NCBI GenBank assembly: GCA_041615815.1
Contig: JBFJCP010000007.1
Location: 32,001-96,000, forward strand
Direction of reading: 5' to 3'
DNA length: 64,000 nucleotides
DNA from: Gemmatimonadales bacterium
GTDB taxonomy: Bacteria > Gemmatimonadota > Gemmatimonadetes > Gemmatimonadales > GWC2-71-9
The stretch's first letter is position 1. Every line of letters begins with the position of its first letter. The notes beneath the pieces were generated by a model. That model ran no database searches. It saw only the letters and a list, made by a program, of their open reading frames with translations, and was not told where the DNA came from. Shown in pieces: positions 9,450-18,743 of this stretch. A program made the translations under genes and the position numbers.

Positions 9450-10637
9450 CTATTCCTCGAGCAGCTCCCGCTCGACCTCACCCATGTATCGGTTGGCCAA
9501 TTGGATGAGCGGTTGGCGCTCCACGGCGGCATCGAGCGGGCGCCGCTCCAGGTACGCCTGCAGCATCTCGGGCAGCGTCTGTCGCTTTCCGGCGGGCCCC
9601 CCCACACCGATCTCGCGGCGGGGCGCCGGGCGGCGGATGTCGAGTTGATAGTGCAAAGCTCTGGTTTTGTACTCACGGATGCGGGCATAATCGAGGTCCC
9701 GTGCGATGGGACGAGGGACATCGTAGACGAGCTGGCGGAGGATCTGATCGTCGATGCCGCCCGCGACCGTTGCCACCCGTTGGGTGATCTCCTTGTCGAG
9801 AGCCTCCGGCTCTTGCCCCGCGCCATGGATCGGCGCGAGATCGATGACCCGCCGCGCCAACGGCACCGGCCGAAACTCTACGTGCGCCTCTCGTCCGAGC
9901 TCCACGAGTAGCCAGCCTTTCTGCCCTGATCGGCCCTCGCGTGTCTCCGCCGCGACCTCGCCCCAGGGGTTGGGACTCACATAATCCAAGGCCCCCGCGT
10001 ACCACGCATTCTTTCGTACAGCGTGGGCCACGTGATAGTGCCCCATGGCCACGTAATCCCACCGGTCCGCGTGGAGCTCGTCCGGCTCGAGCAACGAGCC
10101 GGCGAGCTCTGGTACCGCGTCGCGCCACGGCTCCATACCCGCCACGGGGGCGTGGATCACCAAGACGTTGTGGCCGCGCGTGGCCTCGGGGAGAAGGGAC
10201 GGGCGGTGGCCCCAAACTGCGGAGCTCGGCACGCACAGCAGCGAGGTATCCAGCCGCTCGAACGTGAGGTGCGCGGTGGCGTGCGTGACCACGTGCACAC
10301 CCCCCACCGCTTCGAACAGTTGCAGGATGGAGCCGGTCTCCACTGAACGCGGGGTGTCGTGATTGCCCGCCACCAACACCACTGGTGTCTCCGGGAGCGC
10401 GTCCCGGAGTCGACGGAGTTGATTGAACGCGTGCAGAATCGCGAGGTTGGTAGGACGAACCGAATGAAAGAGATCGCCGGCGATCACCACCAGGTCTGGA
10501 TCGGCCTCGGCCATATCCGTCACGGCGGCCCGAAACGCCCCGGCCACATCCGCTTCCCGCTGATTGATCCCTTGAGGCGTCTGCCGGTAGTACTGGCGAA
10601 ATCCGAGATGTATGTCAGCTAGGTGGGCGAGCTTCAC
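9450..10637 (-). CDS. sbcD: Mre11/SbcD nuclease
   Basis: DIHLG, GDLF, GNHD, GHYH metallophosphoesterase motifs; abuts sbcC. Confidence 0.93.
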   Translation of the reverse strand: MKLAHLADIHLGFRQYYRQTPQGINQREADVAGAFRAAVTDMAEADPDLVVIAGDLFHSVRPTNLAILHAFNQLRRLRDALPETPVVLVAGNHDTPRSVETGSILQLFEAVGGVHVVTHATAHLTFERLDTSLLCVPSSAVWGHRPSLLPEATRGHNVLVIHAPVAGMEPWRDAVPELAGSLLEPDELHADRWDYVAMGHYHVAHAVRKNAWYAGALDYVSPNPWGEVAAETREGRSGQKGWLLVELGREAHVEFRPVPLARRVIDLAPIHGAGQEPEALDKEITQRVATVAGGIDDQILRQLVYDVPRPIARDLDYARIREYKTRALHYQLDIRRPAPRREIGVGGPAGKRQTLPEMLQAYLERRPLDAAVERQPLIQLANRYMGEVERELLEE

Positions 10638-11452
10638 GTCCCCGATTGCACCTGATGGCGTGTCGTAGTCTCCACGGTCACGAACCGGCCCGCCACCGAC
10701 TCGCTCATGCGAAGCGTGACGCGATAACGCACCGCACCGGAGACAAACGTGCTCCAGCCGCTGGACCAGACGAGCGAGCCGGCCAACCCGCCACCGTACG
10801 GCGCGCCGCCGGCACCGGTTCCTGTCGGGTCGAAGCTACCCTCCAGACGGAGAAAGGCCAGCGTGTCCTGCGCTCGTGTCATCACGCTATCCAGGATCAG
10901 CGTCGTCCTGGCCCGGAGACGATCGATCGGTTGACGGTCTCCGCCTCGCCCAATGGGCCCGGCCAGCGGTAGATCGTGCTCTACTTGCCAGACATCGCCC
11001 CGCCGCAGCCATCCCGCCGGCAACACCAGATTGGGCACGCCCTGGACGAGGTGCCACAACACCGACGCCTCCGGATAGACCCCACCCTCCATCCAGAGCG
11101 GCTCGAGCCGTGGATCCAGGGCGACCTGCATCCATGCGCTGTCGGCCGCCGCGCGCTGCACCTGACGCCACGGCCCATCCCCATCCCGAACGACCGTCCG
11201 CAACGAGTCGAAGGAAAGATGGATCACCCGTTCCCCCGCCGGGCCCACGGTGGCCACTTGCGCCATGCCACCGAGATCGACGGTCTCGCGGACCAGCACC
11301 GATTCCGCATGGGCCTCCATGCGGGTGTGGATCTGAAACACCCGCTGGACTCTGGAACCGAACGCCGGTGCATGCCTGAGGCGTACGCTGTCTTGCGCGT
11401 GCCCGATGCCCGGCACGAGCAACAGCAGAGCACCGACCCACATCCATCTCAT
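10634..11452 (-). CDS. Exported hypothetical protein, paralogue B
   Basis: Signal peptide ending GHA-QD; shares blocks with 11449-12330; 4-nt overlaps on both sides. Confidence 0.75.
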   Translation of the reverse strand: MRWMWVGALLLLVPGIGHAQDSVRLRHAPAFGSRVQRVFQIHTRMEAHAESVLVRETVDLGGMAQVATVGPAGERVIHLSFDSLRTVVRDGDGPWRQVQRAAADSAWMQVALDPRLEPLWMEGGVYPEASVLWHLVQGVPNLVLPAGWLRRGDVWQVEHDLPLAGPIGRGGDRQPIDRLRARTTLILDSVMTRAQDTLAFLRLEGSFDPTGTGAGGAPYGGGLAGSLVWSSGWSTFVSGAVRYRVTLRMSESVAGRFVTVETTTRHQVQSGT

Positions 11453-12330
11453 GGTCTCACCTGGAAGCGGTAGAGCGCGTCGAGCCCGATCTCACGTCCT
11501 TCCAATACTCCGGCCGAGCTGGGGCGAAGCATCGTCGCGGTCAGCAACAACCGCGTCGCTCCCGACACATACGCGCTCCATCCTGTGGACCACACATAGC
11601 TCCCGGCGAGCGACGCGTCGAGCCGAGTGACGCGGAGGGCTGCCTCCAATCCGTCGGATGCTTCGGGCGGCGCGAGGATGCCGTCGAAGCGGAGATACGC
11701 CAGTGTGTCCAACCCGAGGTAGACGATGCTGTCCACCGCAACCGTGGCAAACCCCCGAAGGTCGAGTGGTGGCGTGGGCATCACGTCGGAAAGTCCTTCG
11801 GACAGATCCACGGGGAAGACGATATCCGCCGTCCACTGCACGTTGGGAGAAACCAGGCCGTCGTCCGGTGGAAGGGGCAGCTCCAGTCGATAGGCGAAGC
11901 TCCGCAGCCGGCGTGCGTTGCGTATTCGCACCGTGCCCGGATCCGAAAGGGTGAATTGGCTGCGGCGCCCTCGCTCGTCGACGACCGCCTGACCGGTCAC
12001 GGGCCTCGCCGTCGTGTCCGTTACCGCGCGCCATGCGCCTCCCACCGGGCGGACGCGTGAGCGGAGTGAATCGAACGTGAAGTCCACGAGATACACGTCC
12101 CCGTGCGTGCCGCGGACGGTCTGCGTGAGTGCTTCGAGCTCGGAGACCTCGACGGTGAGGCTCTCGGCGATGAGCGTCACCGTGGCGTCGATCCACCCCA
12201 CGGTTGGAAGCACCGTCCCCGCCTGGGGCTTGAAACGCAGCATGACTCGGTCCTGGACTCCCGGGAGCGCGGATGGCGTGGCGGTGACTGCCAGGGCAAC
12301 GCCGAGCATACAGGTCCGCTTACGGAGCAT
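11449..12330 (-). CDS. Exported hypothetical protein, paralogue A
   Basis: Signal peptide; FDSLR, DTLAYLRFDG, LAGSYVWSTGWSAYVSGA. Confidence 0.75.
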   Translation of the reverse strand: MLRKRTCMLGVALAVTATPSALPGVQDRVMLRFKPQAGTVLPTVGWIDATVTLIAESLTVEVSELEALTQTVRGTHGDVYLVDFTFDSLRSRVRPVGGAWRAVTDTTARPVTGQAVVDERGRRSQFTLSDPGTVRIRNARRLRSFAYRLELPLPPDDGLVSPNVQWTADIVFPVDLSEGLSDVMPTPPLDLRGFATVAVDSIVYLGLDTLAYLRFDGILAPPEASDGLEAALRVTRLDASLAGSYVWSTGWSAYVSGATRLLLTATMLRPSSAGVLEGREIGLDALYRFQVRP

Positions 12331-14266
12331 AGGGATCCTCGACCGCCCGCAAGGCCGGGGTCGCGCGTGCGGGATCGGGAAGGCGTTCCCGACGGACTGC
12401 CGGCCCGAGCGTTGCCGCGAAATAGGCTGTCACGTCATCTGGCTTTACGCGGCGGGTGACCAGGAGCGCCCGCCGAACGTCGTCTTCCGATCGATCGGCG
12501 ATGAGGTCCTTGATTCGCGTCGCGACTATGCTCCGATCGAGCGAAGCCAACTGACGCACGACGGCCTCGTCGAATGGCACGTCGGCGGATGGCGGGAAGC
12601 GGTCCAACCCCTCGGGCCCCGTCAACACCGGCGGGTGCGGGAACCGCACAAACACCGGCTGCGTGAAGTGGGGATGGCGCACCATCAGCTCGCCCTTCGG
12701 CAGCGTCGCGAGCTTGATCCGCGTGGCCGGCGACAGCACCTGGTATCCCGGCGTGGCTAGCTCGTCCATGTCCATCCGACCAAAGACCATGGTGCCCGCG
12801 TTTCCCACGACTCGGCGGTGCACCTGCGATCGAAACTGCTGGGCGGCAAACAATACGAGGCCCAGGTAGCGGCCGCGCTCGGATATATCCAACAGCATCT
12901 TCCTGACGTAGCTGTCGGGTCCATCTCCGGGCGCATACTTGTTCAATTCGTCCACGAACACGATGACGTGATCGACGCCGAGATCCCGCCGCTCCAGATG
13001 TTCTCGGAGCTTCGAGACGATGCGCGTAAACACGAGATCTTGCCCGAGTTGATCCATACCAGCCACGTCGATGACGTACACACCCCGGTCCTCGAACGCA
13101 CCGAACGGAAGGTCACTGGCGGAGCCGTCGTCGGTCACCAGTCCCCTGCATCGAGTCGAGATGTTGAGCAGCCGGTTGCGCACCTTGCGGATCGTTGCGA
13201 TGTGATGCGTTCGCCAGATGTCGCTCCGGCCTTGGCCCTCGAGCCCGTCGAAGATGGCACGGAAGAGGCGTTCCAATTCTCCGAAGCTCCGCACGCGGTG
13301 GGTGTTGCCCCACTCGTCGCGGAATTCTTTCTCAACCACGCGGTCTGCCAAGAAGTCCAGGAAGGCATCCGCCTTGGCATCGATGTCATCCCGATTGAGG
13401 AGCACTTCGTGATAGTCCAGCACCTCCCGTAGACCCCACACGAGGGGCTGGACCGCGCTCAGAAGATCGGGATGGGAGCGTAGTGTGTTCAGGTTCACGC
13501 CGTCCGGCTTGAACGGCGCGAAGTAGCGGACCCCGTCGAACGGGCGCGGGTCGAGGCCCAGCACCTCGTACACGTCGCGATCCTCGTCGGACAGTTGGGC
13601 GGGTTGGTCCAAGAACCCGAGGTCTGGCCCCTTCACGTTGAAACACACCGCCGCCACACTGCCCTTTCGGGGTGGAAAGTGCTGGAAGATGCTCGCCAGG
13701 AAGAACAGCACCGCGCTCGTCTTGGTGGCCAGCCCGGAGACTCCGGAGATGTTGAGGTGGGCCGACTCGGGTCCCAACAGGAAATCGGTGTCGAGCGAGA
13801 CCGGTGCTCGTAGCTCGCCGGCTCGGTAGACCCCAACCGGAATGGCGCGCGAGGGTTCGGCCCGGGCATAGGCATCCATGCGCAGCGCCATTTCCACGTC
13901 GGCCTCGCTGGCCAGATGGACGTCTTGAATGGGCACCGGTTGGACCGGCTCCTCCGGCACCTGCCGAAGCACCGCCGCGGTCCAGAGCCGCACCTCAGCC
14001 CGCTGGGTGGGCGGCGCGGCGCCCGCGGGATCCCCCTCGGCGGCGATCACATCGTGCAAGGGTGTTGCCAAATCCGAATACGCCCGTCCGTCCACCACCA
14101 CCGCATAGGCCGTGCGGCCGGTTGGCGCGTCGACGCGGACGATGGCGCCGATCCCAACCGAAGTGCTCGTTGCCGTCCAGAAGTGGAATTGATGCGGGCT
14201 GGCGGGCAGCGTTTCGGTGGCCACGACGCGACCGATGGGGGGTCGTTCGTCGCCACGCTGAATCAC
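12320..14266 (-). CDS. herA: HerA-family helicase/translocase (HAS barrel + P-loop ATPase)
   Basis: IGRVVATE N-terminal barrel, GVSGLATKTS Walker A variant, FVDELNKYAP, ERGRYLG...AQQ; GTG 14266 overlaps nurA stop with GGAGG SD (track start 14335). Confidence 0.85.
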   Translation of the reverse strand: MIQRGDERPPIGRVVATETLPASPHQFHFWTATSTSVGIGAIVRVDAPTGRTAYAVVVDGRAYSDLATPLHDVIAAEGDPAGAAPPTQRAEVRLWTAAVLRQVPEEPVQPVPIQDVHLASEADVEMALRMDAYARAEPSRAIPVGVYRAGELRAPVSLDTDFLLGPESAHLNISGVSGLATKTSAVLFFLASIFQHFPPRKGSVAAVCFNVKGPDLGFLDQPAQLSDEDRDVYEVLGLDPRPFDGVRYFAPFKPDGVNLNTLRSHPDLLSAVQPLVWGLREVLDYHEVLLNRDDIDAKADAFLDFLADRVVEKEFRDEWGNTHRVRSFGELERLFRAIFDGLEGQGRSDIWRTHHIATIRKVRNRLLNISTRCRGLVTDDGSASDLPFGAFEDRGVYVIDVAGMDQLGQDLVFTRIVSKLREHLERRDLGVDHVIVFVDELNKYAPGDGPDSYVRKMLLDISERGRYLGLVLFAAQQFRSQVHRRVVGNAGTMVFGRMDMDELATPGYQVLSPATRIKLATLPKGELMVRHPHFTQPVFVRFPHPPVLTGPEGLDRFPPSADVPFDEAVVRQLASLDRSIVATRIKDLIADRSEDDVRRALLVTRRVKPDDVTAYFAATLGPAVRRERLPDPARATPALRAVEDPYAP

Positions 14267-15216
14267 CACCACCTCCCGGCTCGTGCCTGGAGATACGCCT
14301 CCACTCGGCGCATCGGATACAGGAGTCGATCCCATCGCTCGTCCGGGGCCGCCAGCGGCGCCCGTTCCGCCATGAGCCAGCGACTCACGTCCGTCGCCTC
14401 TGCCACGACGCCGTCCGCCGCGGCCCGCTCGATGCGCACCAGTCCATACAACAGGTCATGATCCTCCCAAGGCCACAACCGAAGATACCACGTGTAGACC
14501 TGGCCGCGCTGGCCCACGCGGCGTGAAAAGACGCTGCTCCGCTGGCCGGCGGAGAGCGTGAGCGCCGTCGTCAGATCGTTGCCCTCGAGGAACTGAGTAT
14601 CGTGACTCTTGATCACCCCAATGACCTTCGGGGGCGGCGACGTCTCCGCGATCACACCACCGATGGCTCCGTCGATCACCAGCCACTCGTCCGGTGCATC
14701 GCGAAGATACTGGCTTGCCAACCGCCGCTCGATCTCGTCTCGCCGGTGTTCCACGCTCACTGCGGCGAGTTGGACGTCCACGAGCGGATGGGCGCGTTCA
14801 CCGTTCGAGCAATCGTAGAGCGGGAGCGGGATCGTATCCAGCATGCGCCGTTGGTCCGGCTGCAACCGAGCCAGTGGGGCCACCACGAACTCCTCGGTTT
14901 CGTGGCTCACCGCCGACAGTTGTTCGCGCTGGCGCCGGAGCACCGCGGCGGCCACGTAGCCACGCACGATCGGCGTCACTCCCAGATGTCCCTCGACCGC
15001 GAACCGCTGAATCCCATCGAGGAACGCCACACCGTCGGCGAGCGCGACAGGCTCACCCACCGATTTCGCCGTGATGTGATCGCCTTCGATGGGGACGCCG
15101 CTCGCGAAGGGGGACTGCACCGGCGGCGCTGCGTGGGTGCGGAGCGTGCCGGCCCCGATCGTGCCGCCACCGTGACGCAGCGCCTCTCGAATGCGGTGCC
15201 GCGGGGTGGTGCTCAG
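14263..15216 (-). CDS. nurA: NurA-family nuclease
   Basis: FLDGIQR, VIDG, GVIKSH, WYLRL, YPM..VE motifs; directly upstream of herA; start uncertain (CTG 15216 overlapping upstream stop proposed). Confidence 0.8.
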   Translation of the reverse strand: MSTTPRHRIREALRHGGGTIGAGTLRTHAAPPVQSPFASGVPIEGDHITAKSVGEPVALADGVAFLDGIQRFAVEGHLGVTPIVRGYVAAAVLRRQREQLSAVSHETEEFVVAPLARLQPDQRRMLDTIPLPLYDCSNGERAHPLVDVQLAAVSVEHRRDEIERRLASQYLRDAPDEWLVIDGAIGGVIAETSPPPKVIGVIKSHDTQFLEGNDLTTALTLSAGQRSSVFSRRVGQRGQVYTWYLRLWPWEDHDLLYGLVRIERAAADGVVAEATDVSRWLMAERAPLAAPDERWDRLLYPMRRVEAYLQARAGRWW

Positions 15217-15854
15217 GACTCGGTCACCTTGATGCTGACCGTGAGCCCGTCCCGCACCGGGATCACCGCGGAGACGAGACGCGGGTCCTCCGCAGCCAAG
15301 CGGTTGAACGCCCGGACGCCCTCCACATCCGGCGCTCGATCGCGGACGTCCACGACGCGGCCATGGAAGAAAGCGTTGTCGCACAAGAGGAGACCACCCA
15401 CACGAAGGAGTCGCATGGCCTCCTCGAAATAGGCGGCCAATGGTTCTTTGTCGGCGTCCACGAACACGGCATCAAATCCCGGATCCAGTTCCTTCAGCAC
15501 TTGTTGCGCGGCGCCCTCCACGAGCTGCACCCGATCTTGGACGCCCGCGTGGGCAAAGCTCGCGCGCGCAAAACGGGCATGCGCCGGATCACGCTCGATC
15601 GTCACCAGACGGCCACCCTGGGGTAGCGACCGAGCGATCCACACACCGCTGTAACCGCCCAAGGTCCCGATCTCGAGGACGCGCTGCGCCTCGATCGTCC
15701 GCAGGAGCACCACGAGGATCTTGGCTTCGGCAGCCGAGATGAGAATGTCGGGCAGGCCGTCTTGTTCGTGTCGTGCTCGGATCCGCCGGAGCACCTCGTC
15801 TTCCGGCGCGAAGAGCTGTTCGACGTACCGCTCGAGGTGCTCGTCGGAGGTCAA
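15213..15854 (-). CDS. O-methyltransferase (caffeoyl-CoA/catechol OMT type)
   Basis: VLEIGTLGGYS, FVDADK, DN motifs; TTG 15854 overlaps upstream stop. Confidence 0.9.
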   Translation of the reverse strand: MTSDEHLERYVEQLFAPEDEVLRRIRARHEQDGLPDILISAAEAKILVVLLRTIEAQRVLEIGTLGGYSGVWIARSLPQGGRLVTIERDPAHARFARASFAHAGVQDRVQLVEGAAQQVLKELDPGFDAVFVDADKEPLAAYFEEAMRLLRVGGLLLCDNAFFHGRVVDVRDRAPDVEGVRAFNRLAAEDPRLVSAVIPVRDGLTVSIKVTES

Positions 15855-17503
15855 GGAGTCGGTGCCTCGCCCTCGTACACCCAAGTACCACCCACCATCG
15901 TGCGGAGCACGCGCACCTGCCGAAGGTCGCCGGGGGAGACCCCGAAGAGATCGTGGGAAAGCACCGCCAGATCCGCGACGTACCCCGGGAGGAGTCGGCC
16001 TTTCCAATTTTCCTGAAACGCAGCATAGGCGGGACCGATGGTATACGCCTCCAACGCCTCCTGCACGGTAAGGCGTTCCTCCGGGTACCATCCGCCCTCG
16101 GGTTCGCCATCCAGCGTTTGGCGTGTCACCGCCGCGTAGATCCCCAAGAGCGGATCCGCCGGATACCAGGAGGCGTTGGTGCCTGGCCAATCCGAGCCGA
16201 AGACCAGCAAGGCACCACCCCGTTTCAGGGATCGGAACGCGTACGCGCCTCGGGCGCGAACGCCGATGCGCTCTTCCATCCACCGCATATCGTCGATCGC
16301 GTGGTACGGCTGCACTTCTGCGATGATGCCCAGACGTCCAAAGCGCACGAAGTCATCCTCCTCGATGACCTGCGCGTGGATCATGCGAAACCGCCGGTCT
16401 TTGACCCCGTTGGTCTGGATCGCGCCCGCGTACATGTCCAGCAGCGTGTCCACGGCGAGGTCACCAATCGCATGGATGTTCGGCGTCAGGCCGGCGGAAT
16501 CGGCCCCCACGATCAGCCGCTCCATGTTCCCCGGCGGTGACATCATGTCTCGCCAGCTCCCCAGCTCCCCTGGCCGGTGGCGGTATGGCTCGCGAAAACG
16601 CGCGGATGAGTTGCCCATGATCCCATCCACGAATCCCTTGAGTCCGCAGAACTGGATCCACTCGTTGCCAAAGCCCGTCACGACACCCACCGCCGCCAGG
16701 TCGACCCAGTGATCCAGCGTGGGACGCGCGCAGACTCGCACGGTGAGGGAGTCTCGCTCTGCCAGGTGTTGGAACAACCGCAGCTGAGCGGCCCCAGTGA
16801 TGTCATGGATCATCGTCACACCGTGCCGTGACAGGTCGCGCAGAGCCAGCCGCGCCTCGGCAAGGCGTTGAGCGAACGACGGCTCAGGGATCCGGCGACG
16901 GATGCGGTCCACGTCGTCTTCCGCGAGCACATCGCCGCGCGGCGCCATGCCAGCCGCCCGGAGAGCGGCAGAGTTGGCAACGTAGGCCGTACGATCCCAT
17001 TTGCTGAGCAGCACGGGCCGATTGCCGGTGAGGGAGTCCAGTAAAACGCGCCTGGGGTTCCAGGTGGTCTCGAGATCGTAGGCTCCCCAGTCACCGCCAA
17101 TCATCCACGCCTCCGCCGGCAGGCGCTCGTGCGCCTCCGTCACGCGGCGACGAAGCGCGCTGTCGCTGGAGACATCCAGCAGATTGACACCGAGGAGGAG
17201 TTGCCCGGCCCGGGCAAAGTGCGTGTGGGTATCGATGAACCCGGCCACCACGAAGCGGCCGCCGAGATTCTCTTCGACGGCATCCGGTCCCGCCGCGCGG
17301 CGAACGTCGCCGAGGGTACCCACGGCGAGAATGCGGTCTCCCCGGATCGCGATGGCCTCCGCCGAGGGTCGCGCCGAGTCTGCAGTCCAGAACCGCGCGT
17401 TGTGCAAAATGCGCACGGTGGAGCCGTCGGCCTGCGCCCACAGGCCGGGGGCGCCCATGGTCAGGGCCACGGCGGGGAGCACCAGCGCGCGCATGGGGAT
17501 CAT
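15851..17503 (-). CDS. Exported amidohydrolase (Amidohydro_3/YtcJ-like)
   Basis: Signal peptide; GFIDTHTH, KGFVDG, HAIGD, HAQ, GSDWP. Confidence 0.9.
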   Translation of the reverse strand: MIPMRALVLPAVALTMGAPGLWAQADGSTVRILHNARFWTADSARPSAEAIAIRGDRILAVGTLGDVRRAAGPDAVEENLGGRFVVAGFIDTHTHFARAGQLLLGVNLLDVSSDSALRRRVTEAHERLPAEAWMIGGDWGAYDLETTWNPRRVLLDSLTGNRPVLLSKWDRTAYVANSAALRAAGMAPRGDVLAEDDVDRIRRRIPEPSFAQRLAEARLALRDLSRHGVTMIHDITGAAQLRLFQHLAERDSLTVRVCARPTLDHWVDLAAVGVVTGFGNEWIQFCGLKGFVDGIMGNSSARFREPYRHRPGELGSWRDMMSPPGNMERLIVGADSAGLTPNIHAIGDLAVDTLLDMYAGAIQTNGVKDRRFRMIHAQVIEEDDFVRFGRLGIIAEVQPYHAIDDMRWMEERIGVRARGAYAFRSLKRGGALLVFGSDWPGTNASWYPADPLLGIYAAVTRQTLDGEPEGGWYPEERLTVQEALEAYTIGPAYAAFQENWKGRLLPGYVADLAVLSHDLFGVSPGDLRQVRVLRTMVGGTWVYEGEAPTP

Positions 17504-17510
17504 GGACGCC

Positions 17511-18743
17511 TCACGACGGTCGGGAGTTCTGCAGTTTGCGGACGAAATCCGCGAGACGGGTCAGCGCGGTCTCGATGTCCTTTTCGCCGGCGGCATAGGA
17601 CAGGCGTGCCCACCGAGCATCCCCAAACGCATCGCCCGGTACCAGCGCCACGCCGTGCTCCGCCAGGAGTCGCTGACAGAATGTCGCGCCATCCTGCATG
17701 GCATCGTTGAACACGCTGTCCACGCGGAAAAAGAAGTAGAAGGCGCCCATCGGCTCCACGAATTCCACGCCGGGAAGTTGATCTCGAAAGTGGGACACGA
17801 CCATGTCCCGGCGACGGCGGAATGTCTCCACCATGCGCTCCACATCTGCCTCGACGCGCTGATCCGTGAGCGCGGCGGCGGCGGCCCATTGTGCGGGGTG
17901 GCACGCGCCACTGGTGACGTGCGTTTGGAGCGCCGCCATGGCTTTGGCCACGGGGCCTGGGGCCACGGCCAAGCCGATGCGCCATCCCGTCATGGCGTAG
18001 GCCTTACTGACCCCGGTTATCACCACCACGCGTTCGAGAAACTCGTCCGGCAGATCGAGTACCGAGGGCGCTGGTCCGGATCCGTAGTGAATGCGGCGGT
18101 AGATCTCGTCGGTCACGACCCAGAGATTGCGCTCCGTGGCCCATCCGAGAATCGCCTTCAGCTCCGCACGAGTGTAAACGGCACCCGTGGGATTCACGGG
18201 CGAGCACAAGATCAGCCCCGCTGTTTGAGGGTCGCAGGCAGCCTCGAGCTCGTCGGCGCTCACTTTGAGACTCCATTCGACGCTTCCGGCTACGTCCACT
18301 GGCTTGGCCCGCGCGAGATGGACCATCTGCGGGTACGAGACCCACGCGGGTGCTGGAATCAGGACACGATCCGTCGGCCCGAACAGTGCGAAGATCGCAT
18401 TGAACAACGCCTGTTTGGCACCGGTGGACACGACGATGTGATCGGCGTTGATGGGACGGCCCCCCGACAGCAACGAAAGATGCCGAGCCGCCGCCGCTCG
18501 TAGCTCGAGAATGCCGGCATTGGGCGGATAGTGGGTCTTGCCCTGTTGAATGGCCTTGGCCCCGGCGTCCGCGATCGTTTTCGGCGTATCGAAATCCGGC
18601 TCGCCCGCCGACAGGTCGATGACATCCTCGCCAGCGCGACGACGACGTTGCGCTTCCTGACTGATCGCCATCGTCTCCGACGGTTTGAGATGGTCCAAGT
18701 TCTTGGATCGAGAAAACGCAGGTGGGGCGGATGATGTCCTCAT
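17511..18743 (-). CDS. Class I PLP-dependent aminotransferase (aspartate aminotransferase-like)
   Basis: GEPDF, SPVNPTG, DEIY, SKAYAMTGWRIG. Confidence 0.93.
   Translation of the reverse strand: MRTSSAPPAFSRSKNLDHLKPSETMAISQEAQRRRRAGEDVIDLSAGEPDFDTPKTIADAGAKAIQQGKTHYPPNAGILELRAAAARHLSLLSGGRPINADHIVVSTGAKQALFNAIFALFGPTDRVLIPAPAWVSYPQMVHLARAKPVDVAGSVEWSLKVSADELEAACDPQTAGLILCSPVNPTGAVYTRAELKAILGWATERNLWVVTDEIYRRIHYGSGPAPSVLDLPDEFLERVVVITGVSKAYAMTGWRIGLAVAPGPVAKAMAALQTHVTSGACHPAQWAAAAALTDQRVEADVERMVETFRRRRDMVVSHFRDQLPGVEFVEPMGAFYFFFRVDSVFNDAMQDGATFCQRLLAEHGVALVPGDAFGDARWARLSYAAGEKDIETALTRLADFVRKLQNSRPS

Noticed and set aside
6065..15216. Wadjet or another mobile defence island
   Set aside because: The SMC protein has a Rad50 zinc hook and an Mre11 partner; no kleisin/JetD, integrase or obvious compositional shift; embedded among housekeeping genes.
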